Position numbers and translations under genes: made by a program
The notes under the pieces: model-generated
Seen by the model: only the letters and a program-made list of their open reading frames with translations
The model's database searches: none
What the model was told of the DNA's origin: nothing
Assembly (NCBI GenBank): GCA_043228905.1
Contig: JBHGNT010000001.1
Span: 9,858,001-9,922,000, forward strand
Length of the DNA stretch: 64,000 bases
Reading direction: 5' to 3'
From: Azolla caroliniana
Lineage: Eukaryota > Plantae > Polypodiophyta
In this document: positions 37,801-49,371 of the stretch, piece after piece
Position numbering within the stretch: position 1 is the stretch's first letter
Layout of the letters: each line of letters begins with the position of its first letter

Positions 37801-39442
37801 CAACTTGGGTTGATGTACAGAGCATTACTTTGGAATTTATAGTCCTTTCCCCTGTTTCAAATCCTATTCATTTCAATATGCTATTTATCTTCCTTTTTTA
37901 CTTGAAATACTCTCTTATCTTCTATAGAAGGCTTCTACAAAATCCAAGATGAAAATAAAGACGAAATTTTGGTTTTAAATTATTATACTTGATGTTTTAG
38001 GTTTTCCATTTTAGATCAATGGCCTGGTAATGCTCTTTCTATATGCTTTATTTAACAAGTGGGCATTGAAAGAGTTTGCAACTAGAAATGATTCCTGGGA
38101 CTAAGTAAAGTGATACCCATCATCCATGTAAATATGTGGGACTCCCCTGTTAGATTTGTGGACGAAAAGTATCATAGTTACAAAGGCGTTTGAAATTGAT
38201 CTTATCTTGTTTCCAGATTGGGTTCCTCTGATAGGAAAATTTGTCCAATTTATACAAGTTACTACATTACCATGAGGTTTGTCTATTGATCCATTTCTGC
38301 TAGGAGGACTATGCACATTTTTTAGCTGCTTCTAGCTATTTGGGCATAGTTGGGTTCTTTTCTTCCTTTCTTGGACGACTTTTGTATATATTATCTAATG
38401 TTACAAACTAAACTGAAGGAGAAAGAGGGAGCTGACTGCTGGCAAATTTAATTTTCCTAAGAATTTAAGTGAAGAAGTTGAAAATGGACTTTAGAATAGC
38501 TGTCTATCTAATGGAAATATCTGAGCACTCATGCTCTTCCACATTTAGAATAACAACTAGAATGGACACTTTCACATGATCATGAAAGCATATTTTCCAT
38601 CAAATATTATTCGCTTTTTTCATCCATGTGAACTCAATCTTAGAAATAGCTCATTGGGTGGAAATGCAACCACCTTGTAAAATTGGAATGACAAACTAGC
38701 CAGGTAATGTGAAAAATAAATGTAATGTCCCATAGTCAGCAGATCTAAGTATATACATTATTCATGAACAAAATACAAAATACAAAATACAAAGATGCCC
38801 TCAGGTCCCATCTCTCCTCTAATCTAGATTGCATGACACATGCTGCATGAAAAAGGGGTTAGTATATGTAGTCTGAAACCGGCATTGTGTACAAATACCC
38901 AGGCAGTCTGCTATGAAGACTTGAGGGATGATAGAACACATGCATCATATTGGGAATCTGCTTTACAATGCCAAAGTTGCATTATCTTAAATGCTTCCAT
39001 GTTAAATTAACAGTTGCTTTTCCCTTGTATGGAAATGGAAAATCACAAATCTAATGAACCTAGATCTGTACCATTTGTATATTGCTATAATGACTTGGAT
39101 TGGTGCAGAATAATAATGGTGATGGTGATGGTGCAGGTTTCATTTATGCCCGTCCTTGTTCTAGCAGCACGGATATGCCCACCCGGTGTCGAAGCTACAC
39201 TTTTTGCTACACTGATGTCAATATCTAATGGAGGGAGTGTTTGTGGTGGTCTCTTTGGAGCATGGATTACTCAGCTTCTTGGGATTACAGGCCAAAATTT
39301 TGATAATCTGGCTTCGCTCCTAATTCTATGCAATGTAACGTCTTTGCTGCCCATACCTGTGTTGGGACTATTACCATCAGAAGCAGAAATTAATGCTGAG
39401 ACAAAAAAGCAGCCGTATATCGCAGAGACAAAAGATAATTAA
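31883..39442 (+). CDS. Folate-biopterin transporter (BT1/FBT family, MFS), plastid-type
   Basis: Exons 31883-32111, 35525-35772, 35861-35925, 35999-36161, 36265-36413, 37012-37284, 37360-37528, 37612-37704 and 39137-39442. Motifs: [73 protein letters not shown]. The link from exon 1 (transit peptide) is less certain. Confidence 0.9.
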
Positions 39443-40740
39443 TTCTTTATTTGCCAACATTCAACCACGGTTAAAATCTTGAAGCTTCAATGTATAGCCT
39501 GTTTTACCAGGGGTCTTATTATCACAATAGTCTCTTCCAAGTGTTGTATGATGACATTATTTTTTCAAATGAGGAAACAACTCCCCCCAAATGCCCGGTC
39601 AAGTCCCCCCTCCCGAGGGAAGCTGGGAGAAAGCTTTTTTTTATATAGGCATTTGATGTCCTTGTGAACCCCTTCTTATGCATCAGTCATGTAAAAAGAA
39701 ATATATACAAACCGTTTTATAACAGCACTTCATTTCCCTTAAACATGTTTGTGGAAAGTAACATTCACAGTTCCCATTGTTAATTATCTATACCAATATC
39801 AATTATAGCAAATGTGTTTCTTCAATTCAAAGAACAGTAGTTAATTTCTCACAAGTTCATCAATGCTCTAACTCTACTTTGGCATGAACAATTCTAATTC
39901 TAAAACTTGGTACCCAACAAATGAGGGTAGATAAGACAATATATACGCACATAATCAACACCTTGACTATATTACTTAGTCAAGTACGAGGAATCCAAAC
40001 TTATGTTTGTTTCCACTGATAGAATATATTAGATCTAAAACAAAATGTGGAAGCATTGCCTTTACACATAATTTTGGAGACTGTTGACGTTTATTGATAA
40101 TAGAATCAGTTGCATTAGTAAAAAGCTAAAGGTGAAATATGTAAATATGATGATGTGGTGGTAGACCTTGCGTTGTGCAAGATTAAATTTGCATCTTTGA
40201 TGTTCCATTTGCTATGAAAACTCCTCATAAACTTTGTTTGAGATCATAAAAACTAATATTGAAACTAATATCCTTAAGACAAAGGGTGAAATTGAAGACA
40301 CTTCCCTTTTTAACAATGCAAGGATTGTCTTCCATCGAAAACAATACCCCCTTTTTTTTATTATTGGAAATGCCCACATACGGTCTCCTAGTCAAACATG
40401 GGTCTTAAGCATGACAACATTAAATGTGTCTTCAGTCAAAGAAGTTCTTTACTTTTAGATTGATTCAGGAGTTTCTCTGTATTATGTGTGTGTGTAGTGT
40501 CTCTAACACGAACATAAAATAGAGGTGGTCCGTGTGAAGACCATACCTAGCTAGGGATGGAAGTAGTGGGAAGTCTTAGTTAGGCATGACTTTCCCTTGA
40601 CTTTTTCCTTCTTTATTCTGTATACATATTACATATGTACATACATACATACATACATAGTGAAAGAATGAGAAGGAAGGAAGAGGTCAAGTCAAGAGAG
40701 AGTAGAGTGGTGGAAGACTCTGAGCTGAGGACCCCGAGCT

Positions 40741-42474
40741 ATGGCGGTGGCCCCCGAGCTGCCGCCACGATGCCCTCCTCCTCCTGCCTTCACTCGACTC
40801 CGCCCCCCAAAACCCCCGCCTTTCTCCGCCTACGCCTCCGCCCTACGCCTCTGCTGCCACACCAAATCCCTCTCCCAAGGACGAATCGCGCACTCCCACC
40901 TCCTCAGAAGCTCCCGCGAGCAAGACCACTACCTCTCCAACCTTCTCCTGCTCTTATATGGTAGGTGTGGACCTGCTGTAGAGGATTCCTATGACGTTTT
41001 CTGCAGATCCCACCTTGTCCGGAATGTCTTCTCCTGGTCCATCATGATCCAATCCTTGATAGACCATGGCGACCATCAACGGGCCTTTGATATGTTCCAT
41101 CAAATGCATATGGAAGGTGTCATGCCAGACACCGCAACATTTGTCATCGTATTCTCTATGCTTCATGGTGATGGATGCCTCCAAGGCACAAGGATGCACA
41201 CGTGCCTTCTAAATTCTGGTCTCAAAATTAACGTGGTTATTGAGACTGCCCTGGTTGGCATGTATTGCAGATGTGGTAGCTTTGAGAAGGCCCGGAAAGT
41301 GTTCAATGCCATGACAGAACGGAATGTGGTGTCATGGACTACCCTCATTTCTGCCTATTCTCGTTCTGGCTATGGCCAGGATGCTCTCTTGCTCTTTCAA
41401 GAGATGCAGACTTCAGGTCTTGTTCCTAATGAGATCACTTATACTAGCCTTTTACATGCTTGTGCATGTGAACTGGCCCTTATGGAAGGCCGGCTTCTTC
41501 ATGCTTGTATTATTATGGAAGGAGGATTTAGAGGAGAGATCACCATGGACAATGCATTCATAGAAAAAGGCTTTGGAAGCAACATTGCAATGGATAATGC
41601 ACTTGTCACGATGTATTGTAAATGCTCGAGTTTGCAGGATGGATGGGCAATGTTCAGGACACAGATAGGCCGGGATGTTGTGTCATGGACAGCCATTCTG
41701 GCCTCGTGCGTGCACCATGGACGTTGCCGAGATGCATTTTGGCTTTTTAATCAAATGCAGATAGAAGGTCTTTTCCCAGATAGAGTAGCATTCATAAGCA
41801 TGCTCGATGCATGTGTTCTCGAAACTTCATTAACTGAGGGAAAGAGAATGCACCTCTATATCATCTCCTCTGCCATTTTTGTTGACGTTGTATTAGGGAC
41901 TGCACTTGTCTACATGTATGGGAAATGTGGAAAGTCACATGAAGCTGCTCAGGTGTTCAATAACATGGCCTGTCGCAACTCTGTGACCTGGAATGCTATG
42001 ATTGCTGGGCATGCTCAACAGGGAAAAGCTGAGAAGGCTTTGCATGTTTTTAATCAAATGTTGCTGGCTAATGTATCACCAGACATTGTAACTTTCTCAA
42101 GCATTTTATCTGTGTGTAACCATGCAGGTCTGGTTGAGGAAGGTTGTAAATATGCTCTGAAAATGTGTGAGCATTATAAGATTAGACCTTCAGTTGAACA
42201 CTATAATTGCTTGGTTGGGCTTCTTGGGCGTGTTGGGCTTATCAAAGCAGGAGAAACTCTAATAAGTTGCATGCCAATTCAACCTACCACAAGTTGTTGG
42301 GCTGCATTGTTCTCATCTTTGCAAACCCATGAGAATTTGGGCCAAGGAAAAGATGCTGCTGACCATCTGTTTGAATTGAACCCAGAAATAGAGTTACTGT
42401 GTATGGTGGCTCCAACACCTTGCACTTTTTTTGATGACCAACTCAACAACTGCTTCAGTTTGACAAGCATTTAG
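40741..42474 (+). CDS. PLS-class PPR protein ending in a partial E domain (no DYW)
   Basis: 577-aa intronless ORF with RNVVSWT, ALVxMYxKCG and TFSSILSVCNHAGLVEEG...EHYNCLVGLLGRVG motifs; the sequence diverges after HLFELNPE. Confidence 0.9.
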   Translation: MAVAPELPPRCPPPPAFTRLRPPKPPPFSAYASALRLCCHTKSLSQGRIAHSHLLRSSREQDHYLSNLLLLLYGRCGPAVEDSYDVFCRSHLVRNVFSWSIMIQSLIDHGDHQRAFDMFHQMHMEGVMPDTATFVIVFSMLHGDGCLQGTRMHTCLLNSGLKINVVIETALVGMYCRCGSFEKARKVFNAMTERNVVSWTTLISAYSRSGYGQDALLLFQEMQTSGLVPNEITYTSLLHACACELALMEGRLLHACIIMEGGFRGEITMDNAFIEKGFGSNIAMDNALVTMYCKCSSLQDGWAMFRTQIGRDVVSWTAILASCVHHGRCRDAFWLFNQMQIEGLFPDRVAFISMLDACVLETSLTEGKRMHLYIISSAIFVDVVLGTALVYMYGKCGKSHEAAQVFNNMACRNSVTWNAMIAGHAQQGKAEKALHVFNQMLLANVSPDIVTFSSILSVCNHAGLVEEGCKYALKMCEHYKIRPSVEHYNCLVGLLGRVGLIKAGETLISCMPIQPTTSCWAALFSSLQTHENLGQGKDAADHLFELNPEIELLCMVAPTPCTFFDDQLNNCFSLTSI

Positions 42475-43500
42475 TGTTTTAAATGGTACTGATGTGTGTA
42501 GCAAGCCTTGATTTGCAAATATCTACAAAAATCATCATATACTTCATTTTATGGGGAATATGGAACCTATCCATATATTCTGTATCAAGTGGCTTGATGC
42601 AATTGAAATCATGAGTTGGACTATCCAAAGTGTTCAAGTATCATACAGCCTTGGGTATGCCACTTGGACTGGGTTCACAAAGAGAAACCAGAGAAAAAAC
42701 AGGGTTAAGATGTCAATCAATGCTGGTTGTGGGGATGGTGGGGTGGATAGGTTTTTTCTATAAAAAAACTGAGATCAGTAGATTATGCTACATTGGCGCA
42801 CATGAGCATATGATTTGACTTGTGTAGAATCAATCAACAATAAGAATTGTTTCATCTAATCCCTTGGGAGTTCATTCCTAGTGAGCAGAAACTTGGGTTC
42901 AATTAAATGTGTGGGCATTCTGAAGTGGCCATGATATCACCGCATGCATATTTCTTTCGAACCTGAATCAACCAAGAATAAGAATGGTTTGATGTAATCA
43001 CTTGGGAGTCCATTCTTAGTGAGCACAAACTTCCCTTCTATTAAATATGTCTGTGTGCCTTCTGAACCAACCCATGATATCCCCTTATGCATGTGACGCT
43101 TTAATATATAGAAAATAAACACGAAAAAATAACAACCAAGGCACACCTAGGGATGTCTTCTGAGAGAGAATGATCGATGGTGGGCACTATAAAATTAGAT
43201 CATATGGGTTTCAACGTATTCTGATGTGTGATTGGAAGGGGACCAGCTTCTTGATTCCATGAATCTAACCACAGATTGTCAAAAACTAGTCCTGTGATTT
43301 CAATATGATAGATGGTTACTGTCATAATCTCTCCAAAGTTCATGTTCGCAATCAATGTATACACAAGAAAAAAAGGTGTTATTTAAATGACCTTATCATA
43401 CAATTTATGCTTTTTAATTAGCTGAATAGCCGTGATTATTCTTTGGAGTGATATTTTTATTCATTTATGTTGCACAAATGATAATGACGATAAAGAATAA

Positions 43501-46500
43501 TTAATGTGAATGAGTAGCATAAGAAAGGAGAGGGGCTTGGAAGGTGTTGGTGCCATGCGCTGCATCTTTGGGTGGCAAACACTTGAAATCACAAGCATTC
43601 TGTTTGCAAATGGCACATTTGAGGGTCTTTTGTGTGGCAGTGGCAGCGACAGTGGGCAACTCCTGTCGGCGAACGATAGCAAAGAGACGAGAGATGTTGA
43701 GGCGACGGCTGAAGGCAGTGTTGAAGAGGATGCGTGTCTGCATATTGTTAAAGCCAGGGAGCCACGTGAGCAGGATAATGGGGATGAAAACAACAAAGGC
43801 AATGAGGAGCTCGTAGATTCGTGCAATGGAGACAATGACTTGCCAGAGGCCTGTCACATTCTCCAGGTACTCTCTAAATACCAATGCTATTGACAGCAAA
43901 CCCCATCCTGTCGGAACAAATGCGAGCAAACTGAAAGCCACATCAGGTATCTGGATAGATGTCTTCAATGCCAGTGTGATCAATCCCGCCACTGCTGACA
44001 TAGCAACCAATAGCTGTACCAGCCTGTACACATTCTGCCTTCTAGATGCATACCTCCCTGCCAGCATCACTGCCAAAATCATTATTGCTACCACTGCTAT
44101 GAAGGCCCACGACAGGATGTACACCAGTATGCTTGTGCTTCGTTTGGCTATCTGGAGATTGTACACTAACCCATACTGCAAGAAGAAAAACCTTAAGTTA
44201 AGCACCACCTCCAGTACCTTGCCCCAGAAGCCCGTGCTCTTCAGATGATCCACCTCCTCCTCCCACCATGCCTCCCAACTGTCTATGGATGCATTGCCCA
44301 AGCCTTTGCTCAGCCAGATCCACTCCAGAAAGTTGTCTATGTCATGAGAGATTTTTGTTGATTCAAAGCCAGACGGGTTGAACAGGAATGGGGCCAGGAT
44401 CCAGGAAAGCACCAGGAACCAGCTTGAAAATGTGACCAGGATATAAGCTGTGGTGTTGGAACCTACCGTTGCAAAGGACTGGTAAACTACTAGGAGAGTC
44501 ATGAGCTCTACAGCTTTAACAAAGTGACTTCTCGCAAACAGTCGATAGATGTGAGCAAACGTTTCATGTACCACCACAAATCCACGACCTGTGGCCCTGT
44601 ACTTAGCACCGCCATGAAGCACAGTCTTGCCAAAAAAGTGGGCTCTTGTGCCTAGAGAGAATGTGAAGAAAATGGAGGAGAGCTGCAGCTGCATTTTGAT
44701 GAAATCCCACACAGAAGAGGCAAAGCCATGTTCGAGTGAGTTCTCTATGATCATGGGGAGTGCAGTGAATATCCCAAGCTGGAACAAAAATTGCTGGTTG
44801 AGGGAAGCTGTGAGGGCACTGTTGGAAAAGACACTCTGACCTTGAATCGAACTATCGAGACCACTGAGAGTGATATAAACTCTTCCCCATAGAAAAGCAT
44901 ACACTGTAAGCACAACCATCATGTTGCTGATAAAGAAACCCACTGTGGTGTAGTAGAACGAGACCATGCGAAAGAAGTCTAGGCGGTGACCAAGGCGGTA
45001 GACATCTCGGCTAAGGATTTGCTCGCCATTCCCGCTGGCAACTTTGGCCTCAAAAAGGGCTACCTGATTCAGGCCCACATCCCGGCCCTTTCCTGCCTGT
45101 ATGTATTCATGATGCGTCACGTTACCCCCTCGCAGTGTGCAGTTGAACCCTGCAAATATGTCCTCACTGATGTTAATCACCCTGGATGCCTTGCTGATGC
45201 CTCCTCTTGTTATAAACCAGAGACGATCGAAGACGTCAGGGTGTCCGTAATGCATGCGCACCTTCAGTGGATTTGCAAGCACTCGTTGCCCCAATGTAAC
45301 GAAACTGGTTTCCTGTGCTGACATGAAAGATGCCAGGGATGAAACAGAACCAGTGAAAACATGCTCTCGGACACCTAAAATCTGCGGTCGTCGTAATCCA
45401 TGGTGTACTGTGAATTCCTGCAATAGATTACGCGCTTTCAATGCCTCTTCAAAATAGTTGTCTTGGTTCATGTCAATTGTCTGCACAGCATCTCCCCGTG
45501 TGAAAATGATTGCATGGTTTTGATTCTCTGGTTTTCCCTCCCCCAGCTTGAGTGGTCCTGGCAATTGTATCCTGTAGATCTCAACTTCTCTTTCTAGTTG
45601 GGTATCATATTTCACAAGCACAGAGAAGTACTGCTTGGAATTGCTATCTTTATTTATAGTTACCTCATCAACATACGCGATCCTAAGGCCAGGGTGAGAT
45701 TTCATGAGGAAAAAGATGTCTTGTGCTTGAACTTTATTCTCCTGTTTCTGAACACCATAAATTTGACAGGTCACAACATATGTGAACTTCATATCCGAAA
45801 TAGCTTCTTGCTGACTCAGTGCTTCAGTTCTTCCAACATCCCCTGTACCAAAGGTTTCTTCAAACTCCACATTGATAGTTCTATCCACCCTGTTGATGGA
45901 CAGAGCAGACAGAAGCTCTCTGCCATGTTGGATGTCATGCATAGATGCCCCATCCAAGTATGAAAGCACTTTGAGTGCCTTATGGTAGTACATCATACCA
46001 CGGACTGTCCGGGAAAGGGTCTGCCCCCTGTATGAAGCCCACAGTCTTATTTGTAAAGCACCCTCCAGATCCCAAAGCTCCTTCTCAAACTTTTCCTTAT
46101 TGAGTGTCTTCACGCCCTTATCCTTTAATTTGTGTTCCATACGCTCTACAAAGTTTTGCCATTCATCATTGAATATGGTCTTAAGGTAGTAAAGTATTGT
46201 TATTCCATCCTCATTCTTGTCATTAAGGTCTTTCTTGCTGTATATGACGTTCTCATTATAGTATGGTGTGAGGACACTGAATCCAAGCATTTTCTCAACT
46301 GGAGGTCCAGGAGGCATGTTCATGAATAAGGAGTTGCTGAAGAAGGTGATTCGTCTCTGAGCCTCAATATTTTTGGGGATGTCTATCCCAGAATCCTTGG
46401 TCTCAAGGATGGTGATGAAGCGGTTGAGCTGATGGAAGAAAGGTGCATCGGTAGTTGCATCTGGGATAACGATTGTGTCACTGTCAAACATAAGCTTTGT

Positions 46501-49371
46501 TCCAGAAGCGTGTTGTGACTCAATAAATTCGGCACCATTTGCTCTGAAGTCACGGTTTACCACTTCATACAGGTCTTGTAAAGCCCGTACTACCTCTGAG
46601 AGATGGTCTGATTTGGGCTTCTTGGCTAGGAGTCGTGTGAATTTGAGGATCTTCTCTAGAACATCAGGGAGGGCTGATTTCACCTTAAACTTGTCGAGAA
46701 ACGTGCCATTGTCTAAAGAATTTTGGATCTCTGAGAAGAGTTCCTCCACCCAACGATGTTCTTTGGTTCCCTCTTGGATGGTTTTCTCCAAGAGAATGTA
46801 GCGGATGCTCTGGTAGCACTCTATTACTGCACATCTACGGTATTCATACTTCTGAATCTTCTTCCAGAGAAGTTTGGAATTTGATTTTTTCGATTCCTTG
46901 GCTTGGAGCAAGGCAACTTGTAACTCATTGCTTAGAATAGCACATGGCCACTGTATTATACTGATGTTCAACACGCTACCGGTTGGCATCTCAAGAATCT
47001 GCACCTCTTTGTCACTGAGAAGATCTTCCTCTCTCAAGAATTTAATGACGTAGTTCCAAATAAAAGAGAACTTACCTATCTGAGGGGAATCTGTTGTAAG
47101 TGTCTTGTAATTTGAACCAAGCCCATACCTGATCCTAATCCGGTTCCACATGTTAATGATATATATTAGCAGGGTATTCCACTGGTTGACTTCCTGGAGT
47201 GAGTCATCTACCGGAGCTAGGCTGAAGGACATGGCACTGGGGAGGAAAAGGAACCGCAGCTTCACTTGGTCCATGTTCCGGATCTCCCCTATGTGAGACC
47301 ACAGTCCCACTAGTGCACCAGCAAAGGAGGAGAAAACGGTATACCAGATTTGCATGTCCATGAAGTAGATAAGCAAGACAGGTGCCCAAAGTGCACCAAC
47401 AGCCACTCTATTGCTTCCTGTGCCCCAGAACTGATACCATGAATAATCAATGTCTGTCAACTTCAAAAGCTCCCTGGTGGGTTCAGCCATGGGCCTTATC
47501 TGCATGAAATAACTGAAAGAGAACTTGACTAGAAAGACCAGCAGCCAAAAGGAAGAGTATTTGATATTATCCCAAATGCCTTCACCAAGACCGCGGCCAA
47601 CATAGCACTGAGTGTAGAACCACCATGTTAAGATGTGAAAGATCCGGTTGGAGGACTTCTCAACCATGTTTCTGATCCAAGGAAGGATGAACAAGACGAG
47701 TGCTGCCATTTCTGGTAGGATAAAGACCAGGGCAGCCACAAGAAACTCATTAAAAGCAGTGGTGGCAGAACCCAACCACCCTCCTGTGCTGCGCTTTCTA
47801 TCCCACATCTTCAAGTAGAGGCTTAGGAATACGAACATCCACACGGCTGCCACCACGATCTTCAACACCATGCGCACGCCCACAAGTATGGTATCCACAG
47901 AGATGATCTTGGCCTGCATGATGAGGGTGAGCAGACTTTGGAGGAGGCGCAAGCCTGCCCATGTTATGAAGCAGCTCAGAAGACTGGCTTGAACATCACG
48001 CTCTTTAAGCTGTCGCCAAGGGCGTGCAGAGTTGCTGTGTAAAGCCAAAATCATCATTGCCTGCAGTAAGAGAATGTATCCTGTCCACAAGTGGTCGAAG
48101 CTGCAGAAGATGTTCCAGAAGGATCGCTGCTCCACAAATCCTGTCTTGCGGCCATGGGAGCTCATGGAGGGTAGGGACAGGAAGGAGCATGACAAATTGA
48201 GCGGCCATGAAAGGTGCGTAAAGCACCGATTAGACCAGAAGAACTCGTTGATGTCATCATAGTTCCGCCATGCAGAATGCGGTGCAGCCTTTCCACCATG
48301 GGATGCCAAGCCCGCTTCTGCCTTCACCATCTCGTAGATGGGAGTGACCACTCTCTTCAGGAAGGCGTCTTGTGTGCCAGAATAGGCAGGACGAAACGGC
48401 TGAGCCGCATCATTGATGTAACGATCCAGAACCTTGTTCATCTCTCCCGCCATGTTATGGAAGATGAAGCAGAGGCATTCCGGGATAAACCTGAGGTTTG
48501 CAGCCTCGCCCCATATGAGCAGGTAGAGGGAGGCATACAGCAACTCTCTCTGCTGCTTCTGCTCTTCATCTCTGCAGCCCGTGAAGGACAGGTTGTTTTG
48601 TTTGCCGAGGAAGGAGCACCAATTGGTGTAATTCTTGAGCACTTTCTTCCTCAGTTTAAGCACCACCTTCGGATCCAGCTGATCTAAAGCATGAGGGGCT
48701 AGCCGCATCTGATCATTGGCGAGGAGCATGAGGATGTGCTCCCTCTGATTCTTCACATTGTCTGCTTGGAATCCGAAGAGCGATCCGAGCCAGTCCAGAA
48801 TATCCATTCTTGCTTGTCTCCAATCACCAGCTATTATGTGTGATGCTCTGGCAGTCAGATCGTCGGCCTCACTGATTTGCAGGGCTTCATGAGCCGCACG
48901 AACCTCGGGGAATTGCACGGCTGGATGATCAGCCAGCATGTCATGCAGAGGGAGGATGTTATACGTGATTTCTGCGGCTTCCACATCTGTGTAGGATTGA
49001 TCAGGTTGCTGCATCCGCGTCTGAATACGATTAGGACTAAGACTAGAGGGCCGAGTCGTCAGCTGGATATTTCCGGTGATCCCTGCCTCTATCATGGCAT
49101 CTCGATTCGAGTCATTGTTAATTCTACCACCGATGGAAGGTTGCCTAGCACTTTGATTGTTGTACTGATTTCCGGATGTACTAGTGCTGGCGGCTGATGT
49201 CTGCCGGGAGGGTCGGGTGGAGGATGATCTGTTCCGGATATTATTCTGTTGCACCACCTCATCTTCTTGGAGTGATGGGTGCCGGGGATTATTCAAGTTT
49301 TCTCGGCGATTGGAGCTTCTGACATTGTCCTCCGAATCCTTTGATAGGGATATTCGCTGGTACGGGTTCAT
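43501..49371 (-). CDS. Callose synthase (1,3-beta-glucan synthase, GT48), intronless, GSL1/GSL5 (CalS11/12)-like
   Basis: 1956-aa single ORF. Motifs: FGFQADNVKNQREH, LLIWGEAANLRF, WRNYDDINEFFW, KTGFVEQRSF, EAQRRITFFSNSL, GEGKPENQNHA, RMHYGHPD, SEDIFAG, GKGRDVG. The intron-poor structure matches the GSL1/GSL5 class. Confidence 0.96.
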   Translation of the reverse strand: MNPYQRISLSKDSEDNVRSSNRRENLNNPRHPSLQEDEVVQQNNIRNRSSSTRPSRQTSAASTSTSGNQYNNQSARQPSIGGRINNDSNRDAMIEAGITGNIQLTTRPSSLSPNRIQTRMQQPDQSYTDVEAAEITYNILPLHDMLADHPAVQFPEVRAAHEALQISEADDLTARASHIIAGDWRQARMDILDWLGSLFGFQADNVKNQREHILMLLANDQMRLAPHALDQLDPKVVLKLRKKVLKNYTNWCSFLGKQNNLSFTGCRDEEQKQQRELLYASLYLLIWGEAANLRFIPECLCFIFHNMAGEMNKVLDRYINDAAQPFRPAYSGTQDAFLKRVVTPIYEMVKAEAGLASHGGKAAPHSAWRNYDDINEFFWSNRCFTHLSWPLNLSCSFLSLPSMSSHGRKTGFVEQRSFWNIFCSFDHLWTGYILLLQAMMILALHSNSARPWRQLKERDVQASLLSCFITWAGLRLLQSLLTLIMQAKIISVDTILVGVRMVLKIVVAAVWMFVFLSLYLKMWDRKRSTGGWLGSATTAFNEFLVAALVFILPEMAALVLFILPWIRNMVEKSSNRIFHILTWWFYTQCYVGRGLGEGIWDNIKYSSFWLLVFLVKFSFSYFMQIRPMAEPTRELLKLTDIDYSWYQFWGTGSNRVAVGALWAPVLLIYFMDMQIWYTVFSSFAGALVGLWSHIGEIRNMDQVKLRFLFLPSAMSFSLAPVDDSLQEVNQWNTLLIYIINMWNRIRIRYGLGSNYKTLTTDSPQIGKFSFIWNYVIKFLREEDLLSDKEVQILEMPTGSVLNISIIQWPCAILSNELQVALLQAKESKKSNSKLLWKKIQKYEYRRCAVIECYQSIRYILLEKTIQEGTKEHRWVEELFSEIQNSLDNGTFLDKFKVKSALPDVLEKILKFTRLLAKKPKSDHLSEVVRALQDLYEVVNRDFRANGAEFIESQHASGTKLMFDSDTIVIPDATTDAPFFHQLNRFITILETKDSGIDIPKNIEAQRRITFFSNSLFMNMPPGPPVEKMLGFSVLTPYYNENVIYSKKDLNDKNEDGITILYYLKTIFNDEWQNFVERMEHKLKDKGVKTLNKEKFEKELWDLEGALQIRLWASYRGQTLSRTVRGMMYYHKALKVLSYLDGASMHDIQHGRELLSALSINRVDRTINVEFEETFGTGDVGRTEALSQQEAISDMKFTYVVTCQIYGVQKQENKVQAQDIFFLMKSHPGLRIAYVDEVTINKDSNSKQYFSVLVKYDTQLEREVEIYRIQLPGPLKLGEGKPENQNHAIIFTRGDAVQTIDMNQDNYFEEALKARNLLQEFTVHHGLRRPQILGVREHVFTGSVSSLASFMSAQETSFVTLGQRVLANPLKVRMHYGHPDVFDRLWFITRGGISKASRVINISEDIFAGFNCTLRGGNVTHHEYIQAGKGRDVGLNQVALFEAKVASGNGEQILSRDVYRLGHRLDFFRMVSFYYTTVGFFISNMMVVLTVYAFLWGRVYITLSGLDSSIQGQSVFSNSALTASLNQQFLFQLGIFTALPMIIENSLEHGFASSVWDFIKMQLQLSSIFFTFSLGTRAHFFGKTVLHGGAKYRATGRGFVVVHETFAHIYRLFARSHFVKAVELMTLLVVYQSFATVGSNTTAYILVTFSSWFLVLSWILAPFLFNPSGFESTKISHDIDNFLEWIWLSKGLGNASIDSWEAWWEEEVDHLKSTGFWGKVLEVVLNLRFFFLQYGLVYNLQIAKRSTSILVYILSWAFIAVVAIMILAVMLAGRYASRRQNVYRLVQLLVAMSAVAGLITLALKTSIQIPDVAFSLLAFVPTGWGLLSIALVFREYLENVTGLWQVIVSIARIYELLIAFVVFIPIILLTWLPGFNNMQTRILFNTAFSRRLNISRLFAIVRRQELPTVAATATQKTLKCAICKQNACDFKCLPPKDAAHGTNTFQAPLLSYATHSH

